Assembly (NCBI GenBank): GCA_009859145.1
Contig: VRVR01000012.1
Location: forward strand, 62,001-126,000
Length of the DNA stretch: 64,000 nucleotides
From: Andalucia godoyi And28
Taxonomy: Eukaryota > Protista > Jakobida
Direction: 5' to 3'
In this document: one piece after another, positions 1-8,906 of the stretch
Layout: each line of letters begins with the position of its first letter
Numbering within the stretch: the stretch's first letter is position 1
Translations under genes and position numbers: made by a program
Notes under the pieces: generated by a model
What the model was told of the DNA's origin: nothing
Databases searched by the model: none
The model's input: only the letters and a program-made list of their open reading frames with translations

Positions 1-655
1 TTCTGATCCAGAGACGTGTGCGCTGCTGGGATGCGGGGTCACGACTGGGTTTGGAGCGACGCAGAACAATGTGAAGGTTGAGGAAGGTGATCGTGTCGCT
101 ATTCTGGGGCTTGGAGCAGTTGGATTGGCTGCGATTCAAGGAGCTGCCTTTTCAAAGGCAAAACAAATTATTGCGGTCGACATCAACGAAGACAAGTTTG
201 CGCTTGCGAGAAAGTTTGGTGCTACGGACTGCGTTAATCCCTCCAAGTTGGATGCGGCGTCTCCAAACGCTCTTGCGGATGCACTGATTGGACTCTCCGA
301 TGGCGGTCTTGACTATGTGTTCGAGTGCGTCGGCAGCGTTTCTCTTATGAAGCTTGGACTGCTGGCTTGCCACAAGGGCTGGGGGAAACTGGTTGTGATT
401 GGGGTTGCTGCAGCTGGAACGGAGCTCTCCTTCCGGCCCTTCTTGGTGGTCACTGGCCGACACGTTCTGGGTAGCGCCTTCGGAGGTGTGAAGGGCAAGT
501 CGCAGCTGCCACAGTACCTCGAGCTCGTCAAGCTGGGGCACATCAAGATTGCCGATCTCATCACCGGTCGATTTGGGCTCTCTCAGCTCAATGAAGCCGC
601 CCATCTGATGCACGAAGGAAAGGCAATTCGCTCTACGTTTGACATGTCCAAGTAA
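1..655 (+). CDS. ADH5: Zn-dependent alcohol dehydrogenase, class III / S-(hydroxymethyl)glutathione dehydrogenase-like; 5' end lies outside the window
   Basis: Frame is open from position 2 (SDPETCALLGCGVTTGFGA). It has the Rossmann motif GLGAVG, GGLDYVFECVG, and GWGKLVVIGVAAAGTELSFRPFLVVTGRHVLGSAFGGVKG, which matches the class III ADH C-terminus. Confidence 0.88.
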   Translation, partial: SDPETCALLGCGVTTGFGATQNNVKVEEGDRVAILGLGAVGLAAIQGAAFSKAKQIIAVDINEDKFALARKFGATDCVNPSKLDAASPNALADALIGLSDGGLDYVFECVGSVSLMKLGLLACHKGWGKLVVIGVAAAGTELSFRPFLVVTGRHVLGSAFGGVKGKSQLPQYLELVKLGHIKIADLITGRFGLSQLNEAAHLMHEGKAIRSTFDMSK

Positions 656-738
656 ACCTGGTGTTTTCTTCTCGGATCTTTCTTCCTTTCTTTTCCCCCG
701 AAAGCAATCTCGGTTTTACCTATTTAAATATTAAGGGT

Positions 739-887
739 GCACCCATCTCAATAAACGCAAAGAATACGGGAAAACGTTCGCGAGATATACGGATAACAGA
801 GAGACTTTCCTCAAATAGCAATAAAAAAACAGAAGAAGTCTCCGAGTCGTTTTTGAATTCAATTGTGTGGAAGCGCGCGCCTTTACT
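739..887. repeat. Dispersed intergenic repeat, copy 1 (block A 739-774, block B 834-887)
   Basis: Block A matches 17493-17528 at 33/36 nt. Block B (agaagtctc...tcaat...tggaagcgc...cttt?act) matches 17821-17868 with gaps. Confidence 0.7.
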
Positions 888-1061
888 CGTTTAATTAATT
901 TTTTCCCTCTCCTTTCTTTCTTAGCCTTTCTGTCTCTTTTGTTCTTTCTTTCATGTTTTTAGGGTCTTTGGAGAGACCATGATACACATGCCGTGATGCA
1001 GCCTCACGAGCACAAGCACCGGTGAAATTGTCGATAGAAGAAGGAACAGGCGGATTTAGGA

Positions 1062-2141
1062 ATGTGGGGCGTGTTGGTTCGACGCGTCTCGCAGTTGGTG
1101 CGACATCTGCATCCGCCGGAACCTGACTCACGCAAGTTCTATGCAGGACGATGCATTGTCCCACAAAGGTATACAGTGTACGGAGTGTTCCTTTCCTCGG
1201 TGGGAAACACACATGGACTATCAATCGCCGCGCTCTCGAACGCGGAAGCCGTCGCCCGATTCAAGAACAGCGCTGCTCTCCGGACTGCGTTGCTCAGTTC
1301 CAACCATGATGCATGCGACTTTCCCATCTTCTTCACCGAGTTTCTGCGACAGCTTGACGAGAATGCTCTTCTCAAGTACCACGTTATCGGAAATGCGACA
1401 ATGGAAGAAGCAAGACACGGCACTGCGTGGTTGCAAGGCCAGACGATGCGTGACCCGAGCGGAGTAGTGCTGCTTTACTATTCTGGACACGGAAGGCTTT
1501 CCGACACGATGAACTTGGAATTGCGCTTTTCAGACGTGTCTGATTCGGCGATTTGTTTCAATGAACTGTTCGACACGGAATCCACGGCTACGTCCTCGCT
1601 CAGTCCCCCGCTGGTCATTCTCGATTGCTGTCACTCCGGAGCTGCCGTGGAGGATTGCCGTCGCCGAGGAATGATGTGCATGTGCTCTACTTCGGCGGAT
1701 GCAAGATCTGGTGGCTGGGTACTGGACGGAGTGGACTCGAACGGAATACTGACGAAGTTCCTCATGGACCCTGTCGGTTCGTACATCAAGGTTCGTTGGA
1801 ATGTGTTTCACGACTTTTCCGGCTCCATGTTCGATCCGTCGTCTTCCGTGGGAGTCCTGTACGGTCTTATTGTGCAGCACGTAACGGGTGTGTTGGACCG
1901 TGAACTGGATCGCAGAACACGAGGCGATCTGTTTTCTCTTCCTGCTGCGTTGCTCCGCCTGTGGATTCACTTTGCGCTTTTCTGCCGCCTTTCCAACAGC
2001 TTGTACATGGTTCAGTACCCTGTTTCAAGTCCCTCTGTTGCGGCGTGCTTCTCCACTGCAGTCGACTCACTATGGTTGCAATTCGAAGCGGACTTCGAGA
2101 CATGCATGCTGTCGCTGCTGAGCTCTCCTGTTGCTGAATGA
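1062..2141 (+). CDS. Stand-alone Raptor N-terminal caspase-like (RNC) domain protein with metacaspase-type catalytic motifs
   Basis: Motifs run collinear with Raptor RNC: VLLYYSGHG, PLVILDCCHSG, GILTKFLMDPV, GSMFDPSSSVGVLYGLI, DLFSLPAALLRLWIHFAL, YPVSSP, LWLQFEADFETCMLSL. The ORF stops where the RNC domain ends. Confidence 0.8.
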   Translation: MWGVLVRRVSQLVRHLHPPEPDSRKFYAGRCIVPQRYTVYGVFLSSVGNTHGLSIAALSNAEAVARFKNSAALRTALLSSNHDACDFPIFFTEFLRQLDENALLKYHVIGNATMEEARHGTAWLQGQTMRDPSGVVLLYYSGHGRLSDTMNLELRFSDVSDSAICFNELFDTESTATSSLSPPLVILDCCHSGAAVEDCRRRGMMCMCSTSADARSGGWVLDGVDSNGILTKFLMDPVGSYIKVRWNVFHDFSGSMFDPSSSVGVLYGLIVQHVTGVLDRELDRRTRGDLFSLPAALLRLWIHFALFCRLSNSLYMVQYPVSSPSVAACFSTAVDSLWLQFEADFETCMLSLLSSPVAE

Positions 2142-2278
2142 TTGTTGATGCTCGGGAGCAAAAAATTAATGACATTGCACTTGACCAAGCCTGTACGGTG
2201 ATGACACTGTCCCTTCTCCTCTGCTTCTTCTTCTTCGACTGTGCTTTATTATGTAATGATGATGTTAAGCGTTGTTCG

Positions 2279-3160
2279 CTACTCTTTGCTCTGGTTTTGG
2301 TTCTTACTGTCCTCTTCCATCGAAAGCCGAAGTGCGTATTCTACTTGTTCTTCCTCGGTCATGGAATTCCAATTGGCAGGGAACTCGGAGCCGCCTTGGT
2401 CATCAACATCCATCTGCTGCGCTTGTCCGCTCTGACCTTGTGCCTGTGCCGGGTCTTGACCTTGACTCGGTTCACCCGACCCTGTTGCCGAAGTTGACTG
2501 TGCGGACGGCCCCTGCGATTCTGCGAGAGACAATCGAAGTGCCATGGCAAGTTCCGGGTCTGTTTCTTCCAGTGAAGCGTACTGATCCGCGCCTCCGCCA
2601 ATGGATCCCGACAGGACCCATGAAGACATGATCTGTCCGTCTCCAGCGGGCAGCACCTCGAGATGGTTCTGCGTATTCGTTCCAAGTGCCGATATGAATG
2701 CGTCGAGCTTTGGCTGATTCTCCTGAATCTCGCCAAAGCTAATCACATCGACCGCACAGTTGTTCTTTTTGAGCTTTCTCGCCAACTTGACGAGTTCCTC
2801 CGACTCGTCCTGAATGGGAGATCCAATAAACACTACAATTCTCTGCTTCTGCTGCTTATTCAATCTGTTCTTCAGTGCCAGTTGCGCAACATTCAGCGAC
2901 TGGCACAGATGGATCGACCCATCAATATTCACAGCATCAATTGCGTTCCGGATTTGACCAAGATCGTTTGTAAGCGCAACGTGGACTTTCGGTGCTGGAC
3001 CAGCCGACGACACAATCGCAGTCACACTTTCCGCATTGTTCAGCTTGGTATCCACAAGCAAAAGAACAGCATCGCGTTGTGCATCCATTCGAGACGGAAT
3101 GTAATCGCCATTACGCATCCACTCGGAATTATCAACCACGAAAATAAAGGCCTCCGACAT
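2279..3160 (-). CDS. RPN10: 26S proteasome ubiquitin receptor Rpn10/PSMD4
   Basis: VWA N-terminus VVDNSEWMRNGDYIPSR, KQRIVVFIGSP, LKKNNCAVDVISFGE, and two UIMs (DPELAMALRLSLAE; EEEQVEYALRLSM). Confidence 0.96.
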   Translation of the reverse strand: MSEAFIFVVDNSEWMRNGDYIPSRMDAQRDAVLLLVDTKLNNAESVTAIVSSAGPAPKVHVALTNDLGQIRNAIDAVNIDGSIHLCQSLNVAQLALKNRLNKQQKQRIVVFIGSPIQDESEELVKLARKLKKNNCAVDVISFGEIQENQPKLDAFISALGTNTQNHLEVLPAGDGQIMSSWVLSGSIGGGADQYASLEETDPELAMALRLSLAESQGPSAQSTSATGSGEPSQGQDPAQAQGQSGQAQQMDVDDQGGSEFPANWNSMTEEEQVEYALRLSMEEDSKNQNQSKE

Positions 3161-3166
3161 TGCTTA

Positions 3167-3170
<4 letters not shown>

Positions 3171-3265
<95 letters not shown>

Positions 3266-3284
3266 GTCTGTCTGTCTGTCTCTC
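3171..3284. repeat. Compound microsatellite (TC)45(TGTC)5
   Basis: Read directly: TC dinucleotide 3171-3260, then TGTC units 3261-3280. Confidence 0.97.
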
Positions 3285-3575
3285 TTTTCCGTCCCACAAA
3301 CTCCTTGTTCTTTTATCAAAACCCAAATTTCACTTCTTTCTGTTATTACAACGACCCGAATGAGTTACTTTAATTTAAGAAAATTGAGAAGTGCTTTTGC
3401 GAGTCCGAGAGACACTTGAACGGCCGTCTTCGAGTTGATGCTACAATTGACGCCTGCGCATGGTGCATTTCTTTCCTTCTTCTTTGTAGAAGATTTGGTT
3501 GTTTAACCGTTTCTTCCTGGTTTTTTCTCTTTTTTTTTCCTTTCTGCTATTGTATGAGACACAGAAGCCTCGCAG

Positions 3576-4034
3576 ATGGTGGCCAAGATTGTGCTTTGCG
3601 TTGCGCTGTGCGCGATTATGCTTTTGACGGTGCATGGTTCGGGAGAGAAAGGGCATCACAAGCCTCTCGAAAAGCTTCAGATTGGAGTGTTGAGTTCGCC
3701 GTCGGATTGCCCTCGGATGACTCGACAGGGCGACAAGGTTAGTGTGCACTACACGGGACGCCTGCTGGCAACTGGAGAAAAGTTTGACTCGAGTCTGGAC
3801 CGTGGACAGCCTTTTGACTTCACGCTCGGAGCCGGAATGGTCATCAAGGGCTGGGACCAGGGGCTGCTTGGCGCGTGTGTCGGTGAAAAGCGCAGAATCA
3901 AGATTCCTGCAGTTCTTGGCTACGGAGACCGTGGAGCGGGAAAGGCGATTCCGCCAAACTCAGACTTGGTCTTCGACGTCGAGGTGGTCAACATTATAGA
4001 GACCGAGTCCAGAAACCATGGAAGAGACTTGTAA
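3576..4034 (+). CDS. FKBP2: ER-type FKBP peptidyl-prolyl isomerase (FKBP2/FKBP13-like)
   Basis: Signal peptide; [61 protein letters not shown]; KDEL-like C-terminal GRDL. Confidence 0.93.
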   Translation: MVAKIVLCVALCAIMLLTVHGSGEKGHHKPLEKLQIGVLSSPSDCPRMTRQGDKVSVHYTGRLLATGEKFDSSLDRGQPFDFTLGAGMVIKGWDQGLLGACVGEKRRIKIPAVLGYGDRGAGKAIPPNSDLVFDVEVVNIIETESRNHGRDL

Positions 4035-4222
4035 ACCCCATCCTCCATCGAGCATATCGGCCTGCGCTGTTCTTATTACCCTTTCTTTTTATTCATTTAT
4101 TTTATTTTATATAATTAAAAATCGTCTAAATAATACATTCAAGGTGTTTATCTAATCTACTACGAATTGGTTTTGAAAAAGATCCTGTGGATCAGTATGC
4201 GTTCTGCACGTAGATCGGGAAG

Positions 4223-7200
4223 CTAAGACAATGAAGCATCCGGTCTCTCCGCTAAACATACACTTGCCCACTTACGGAGCTTGTCCTCGAGCTCGGATTT
4301 CCTGCACGGCTTTGAGAGAGCATCGTCGAATGCAACAAACTCTTCCGGAGAGCTGTCAAAGTAAGTGTCCGCAGAGAATCGCAGCATCGGGGTAACACAG
4401 AACATGATCTGCGCACGAGAAAAGGGGCCGGTACCGTCAGTTTCCGTGGCACGCAGATCGTCGAAAATAACCTTTTCCAGCAGGCGGATGTATGCTAAAA
4501 GCTCAGCCCCATTCATGAAAGGCATGTTCTGATCAACAAGGCCAACATCAAAGCCAAACACTCGTAACGCAAACGTCTGAGCTCCTTCGAAGGACAACAC
4601 TGGACCCAGAAAGTCATTCAAGGGCGGGTCGCCCACTTCTTGATCCACCAGGTACGATTCAACACGGAATTCCGAATTTTCAGAAGACGAGTCCGCAGAA
4701 GGCCCCACCGGCAGTTTTCCAGAAGCATACAATTGCAAAGAAAGTTCCGAGAGATGTTGTATTATTGTGTCACAGCACAGCTTAAATATCCCATCTGAAA
4801 TCAGTGAAGACGCTCGGAGAGATAGTATGCACGAATAACACCTCTTGGACCAGACTTTGGCGGCTTCCCATCCGTCTTCACACGAAAAACAAGCAAATCC
4901 AGCACGAGAAATGAGCTGCTGCGTGATTCGACGATTCACTGGATCGTCTTCGACAAACGCCACACGTGTTTCGATTCCAACACCAGAAACGCTCTGCAAA
5001 GAGTTTGTGACCATTACCGGAGAAGACACGGTTCCATTGTTCGTTGAAAAACAAACATTTCCTTCAAACATCCCGGGTGGGCTCTTAGATGGAGAAGACA
5101 TCGGGGATGGGCCGAGAGATGTCTTTTGGAGAGCACGAAACAAATCGGTGCTTCGAAACGGAGTACGAATAACGTGGTTCCACACATGGCAACCGCTGCG
5201 AACGTCAACACAAGACGACGACGACGTCGCGGCGCCGAATGCAATTATGCTGACATCCGTAAACTTGAGAACGCCAGCAGCCCGTAGCAATTCAAGGCGT
5301 GCTTGGGCTCCGCCATCTCCGATACATGACGGCAGCACCAGGATCATGCAGCGGTGGTTCGATTTTTCCTGCATTTCAAACACAGAATCAAACTCCATCT
5401 TGTATGTATGTTCAGCCGATCTTGGGCAACAAATCTGCGCTTGCACCACTGTTTGGGAAACCGAAACACCAAGACTTTCAAAAAACTTTTGAATCATCCG
5501 ACAACAAATACGGTACTCGAGATGAGCGGAGTGTGTGACGGGGGTCCACTCAGAAAAGCACAGCAAGCACTTATGGTCTGGAAATGAAGTCGCTCCGTCC
5601 CCGCTGGCCCGGATGCATGCACCTAGAAGTTGCTCCCTGAAACTCGACACTTGCGACAAGTTGGGAGTGAGGTTTGCCGTCACCCAAATTTGGACATTTG
5701 TCCCTTCTCCCAAAACAGAATCAATCGTGACCAGCCCATTCATCTTCGACGCAAGCCCATGGCATATGGAAAGCCCCAAGCCAGACCCCGAAATGTTCAC
5801 TCCCGGAACAGGAATGCCGGTGGGGATCCAAGCTTCAAATTTCCGAATCCTATCTAAAACATCTGGAGAGATTCCAGTTCCGGAATCCCGAACAGAAATG
5901 CACAACCCTGGCGTATCAGCTTTCCAGCGTGCGTCATAGTCAACATTCAACTCAACTTGGCCACCCTTCCTGGTAAATTTGATGGCATTGGACAAAAGGT
6001 TCCACATGATCTGTTTGATGCGAATCGCATCTTGCATCAATGACGACGGTAGCAATGGGCTGACAAAACAGCCAAATGTAAGTCCGCGATCGCTGAGTCC
6101 AGGCGCAAGCATCTCCACAACATCATCCGTAACGGCCGAAATGTCGCAAGCCGCCGGATTAAGGATAATGGATCCTCGCTCAATCCGAGATCTGTCAAGG
6201 ACGTCGTTGATAAGCAAGATCAGCATGTTGCAAGCCCGAAGAATGGCGTCGACAAGCTGATTCACTCTCGCATCCTTGATGGAAGTAGAGACCAGCAAAG
6301 ACTGCAGAACTTCCGCAGACGCAATAACAGACCACAGCGGAGTTCGAAGTTCATGAGTAAGTTGGTTCCAGAACCGGACAGTAGTATCCCGCCTGGCACG
6401 TTCAGCCGCAGCTTCCTGAAGGGCTGAAACCATCCGATTGTGTTCCGTGAGATCCCGGACCGTTGTGAGGATGCAGGGAAACTTTGTGCCAGAAGGATTG
6501 TCCTTCCAGAGACTGTGTGTTGACTCATCTGCGAGATGGTCCCATGTGAAAAACGGGATGATTGTGGAATGCGTCGAAGCCGATATTGAAGTCAGGGTGC
6601 GCGAAGTTGATGAAGTCGAGGTCGCCTCCACGATCGACTGATGGGATCGACTCTGGTGCACCGTGCACTCGACATCCAGAACAACGGATTCGTTGGAGAT
6701 GGAGGAGTCGCGCGAGGCCCCAAGTCGCTGCTGGTTTTCGACATCGCCTTCGCAGCGCTGGTATGCGCGAGGGGTGAAGCGACTTCCTAAGAGCTGCGAA
6801 AACAGCATCGTCGAACTAGGATTTGCCCGCTCTCCGTCCAAATCTTCCGAGTTTGCAATTGGAAAACGAAAAATCTCATCAATGTGGGAACTCAACGGAA
6901 ACATGGATTTGAACTTGTGGTTGGACGCGACGATCCGACCATTCCGGTGAACAACAATTGGATCGACCATCGAGTGAAACAACGCCATGAAATTCTCTCG
7001 CTCTTGCTCCATGCGGCGGTAACTTGAGCGCACCATCATCAAAATTCCGCACACGGATAATGCAAAAAATGGTATCGAAACGACCATGATGGAAAATGCG
7101 TAAACGCTGTACGAGCCTGCAAAGTAGAGCGCTATCAAGAGAATGGTCTCCAAAAGCCAGACAGCCAACACCATGACTTCGTTGAGAGACAGTCCAGCAA

Positions 7201-7648
7201 CCACAACAGCGAGCAAGAAAAACCGGCCAGTTGACTGCTGTCGCAGCGAATCCAGCTCTTCGGAATTCGACAAGTTATCAGCAGTCAATCCAGCGGCAGT
7301 TTGAATGTCACCAATGAGCGGAAAGACTGCGAACCCTACAATCACCACAATTGAGAACACCCTTGCCAGTTTGGAAAGCCTGGGGTACAAAATCAGCGCT
7401 GCTGCCACAAAAGTGAGAAACGTCAGGATGATCAGGTATATCCCAACTCCCGGATTTGGATCATAGCTGCTGTCCCCGTACAGGATGATGATCAGAGCAG
7501 TGCCAAATGCACCTAAAAACCCCATTATCCCCGCAAAAACGCGCGTTTGCAAAACCGTCGCTCGAAACTTCACCGAGTTACTCTCATTCGACGACGGGCC
7601 TATGACCATTCGGTCCAAGAACTTTCTCATGTTGCTGCGTGCCGTCAT
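4223..7648 (-). CDS. Membrane-bound hybrid sensor histidine kinase (TM sensor, PAS-like, HisKA, HATPase, degenerate receiver-like region, receiver)
   Basis: H-box THELRTPL; N-box NLLSNAIKFT; G1 VRDSGTGI; G2 GSGLGLSIC; receiver VEDDPVN...LVDQNMP...SKP; about 7 N-terminal hydrophobic segments. First ATG is at 7648 (the track start at 7729 is TTG). Confidence 0.92.
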   Translation of the reverse strand: MTARSNMRKFLDRMVIGPSSNESNSVKFRATVLQTRVFAGIMGFLGAFGTALIIILYGDSSYDPNPGVGIYLIILTFLTFVAAALILYPRLSKLARVFSIVVIVGFAVFPLIGDIQTAAGLTADNLSNSEELDSLRQQSTGRFFLLAVVVAGLSLNEVMVLAVWLLETILLIALYFAGSYSVYAFSIMVVSIPFFALSVCGILMMVRSSYRRMEQERENFMALFHSMVDPIVVHRNGRIVASNHKFKSMFPLSSHIDEIFRFPIANSEDLDGERANPSSTMLFSQLLGSRFTPRAYQRCEGDVENQQRLGASRDSSISNESVVLDVECTVHQSRSHQSIVEATSTSSTSRTLTSISASTHSTIIPFFTWDHLADESTHSLWKDNPSGTKFPCILTTVRDLTEHNRMVSALQEAAAERARRDTTVRFWNQLTHELRTPLWSVIASAEVLQSLLVSTSIKDARVNQLVDAILRACNMLILLINDVLDRSRIERGSIILNPAACDISAVTDDVVEMLAPGLSDRGLTFGCFVSPLLPSSLMQDAIRIKQIMWNLLSNAIKFTRKGGQVELNVDYDARWKADTPGLCISVRDSGTGISPDVLDRIRKFEAWIPTGIPVPGVNISGSGLGLSICHGLASKMNGLVTIDSVLGEGTNVQIWVTANLTPNLSQVSSFREQLLGACIRASGDGATSFPDHKCLLCFSEWTPVTHSAHLEYRICCRMIQKFFESLGVSVSQTVVQAQICCPRSAEHTYKMEFDSVFEMQEKSNHRCMILVLPSCIGDGGAQARLELLRAAGVLKFTDVSIIAFGAATSSSSCVDVRSGCHVWNHVIRTPFRSTDLFRALQKTSLGPSPMSSPSKSPPGMFEGNVCFSTNNGTVSSPVMVTNSLQSVSGVGIETRVAFVEDDPVNRRITQQLISRAGFACFSCEDGWEAAKVWSKRCYSCILSLRASSLISDGIFKLCCDTIIQHLSELSLQLYASGKLPVGPSADSSSENSEFRVESYLVDQEVGDPPLNDFLGPVLSFEGAQTFALRVFGFDVGLVDQNMPFMNGAELLAYIRLLEKVIFDDLRATETDGTGPFSRAQIMFCVTPMLRFSADTYFDSSPEEFVAFDDALSKPCRKSELEDKLRKWASVCLAERPDASLS

Positions 7649-7734
7649 GGAGAGCGTATTGAGCAGACTCGCCACTAAGAACGCTGGCCAAGAATGAACA
7701 AGCCCCGCGAAACTCCAGGCTGCTGGCAAAAACG

Positions 7735-8004
7735 ATGCTAACTATTATGATTATTATTACGTTGTTGTTCCTGCCCACCCCTTGTAGCGCAGAACCCCTT
7801 TGGTTTATGGAAGAAGAAGAAAAACCCAAAAAAGACTCGGATGCAGCAAAGAGCAGAAATACGGACGGTCCTCATGAAACTCGCAATTCGAACGAACCAA
7901 ATGCTTTGACCGTGGCAGCGTTTGTCGGTGGTGGAATGTTTGTGTGTGGTCTCCTGTTTCTATGGTCATGCACGAGCAGCAGCCGTTTCGTTAACGGCAC
8001 TTGA
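7735..8004 (+). CDS. Possible small type I membrane protein (89 aa)
   Basis: Signal-like MLTIMIIITLLFLPTPCSA, charged linker, hydrophobic ALTVAAFVGGGMFVCGLLFLW. No recognised family, and the signal segment overlaps an ATT/GTT-like tract. Confidence 0.35.
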   Translation: MLTIMIIITLLFLPTPCSAEPLWFMEEEEKPKKDSDAAKSRNTDGPHETRNSNEPNALTVAAFVGGGMFVCGLLFLWSCTSSSRFVNGT

Positions 8005-8906
8005 AGCCTCTATTCGCATGTCCCAAGCCCTCTCATTCCATCTGAACCTGCCATCTTTGGAGAACGCGCAGTTCAGTCCCCTTGGCAGAAAAGGCCCGTC
8101 CTTCCCTCCTCCTTGCCTTTTCATGTTTTTTTTTCCCCTTTAAGCCACGCTCGCAAGCAGTAGATTCAGCGCTTCAGATAAATGCGACAAAAGATTCCTG
8201 GCTCCCAGGCGGACATCGTTTGCCGTTGAATAATGACACGTCATTGTCATGCATACGGAAGTATACATAAACAGACACGGTCGTTTTTTGGTTTCGCTTT
8301 TTTTATTCAAATATGGGCGTGAGTGCGCTGGGATGACGCATTCGCCTACGCATTCGCCTACGCCGCTCGATACAGGGCCTCCTAGGTCTCGCAGTCCTCC
8401 TAAGAGACCACGTGTCACTACGCCTACCGCCTCTTCCTCTCGTATCTCCAGGTGCATCAATCGCTGCAACTGAGGACACGAAAGCGCCTGCTGCTAGGAC
8501 CGTCAGCATCAAAATGCACGCTTCTCAAGAACAACGTGTCACGCTGAGAAAGTGGCTCACCGATTGATCGAGATTGGGGACGGAGCGCGGGACATTTATC
8601 TGAAGAGCGCCGTGAGGCGTGTTGAGGCCTATCCCCTTCCGGGCAACGGGATGCAAGATTGAATATGCATGTCTATTCGTATATATACGCATGTTCAGTG
8701 TATATAATGTAGGCGTCTGGTGCCCGTCACGAACCCAAAATAAGAAAAATGTCCGAATTCCCGAAAGGATCTGACGCTCCACACAGACTCCGGGTTATTA
8801 TTCTCTTACCTGTTTGCATTTTATTTATTTTGCATTATCATTATACTTTTTTCTTTTTCTATTTATTTTTCCGTTTCGTTTTTGATCTTTTTGCAGAGTC
8901 CGATCG

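Noticed and set aside
2663-3373. 236-aa + strand ORF and the RERERE/LSLSLS ORFs
   Set aside because: Antisense shadow of Rpn10 plus translation of the (TC)n microsatellite.
8794-8896. Possible intron (GT...poly-pyrimidine...TTGCAG) joining ATG 8749 to the AAA ATPase
   Set aside because: Splicing at these sites gives the wrong frame and an early TGA. A 5'-UTR intron or trans-splice acceptor cannot be supported without RNA data.
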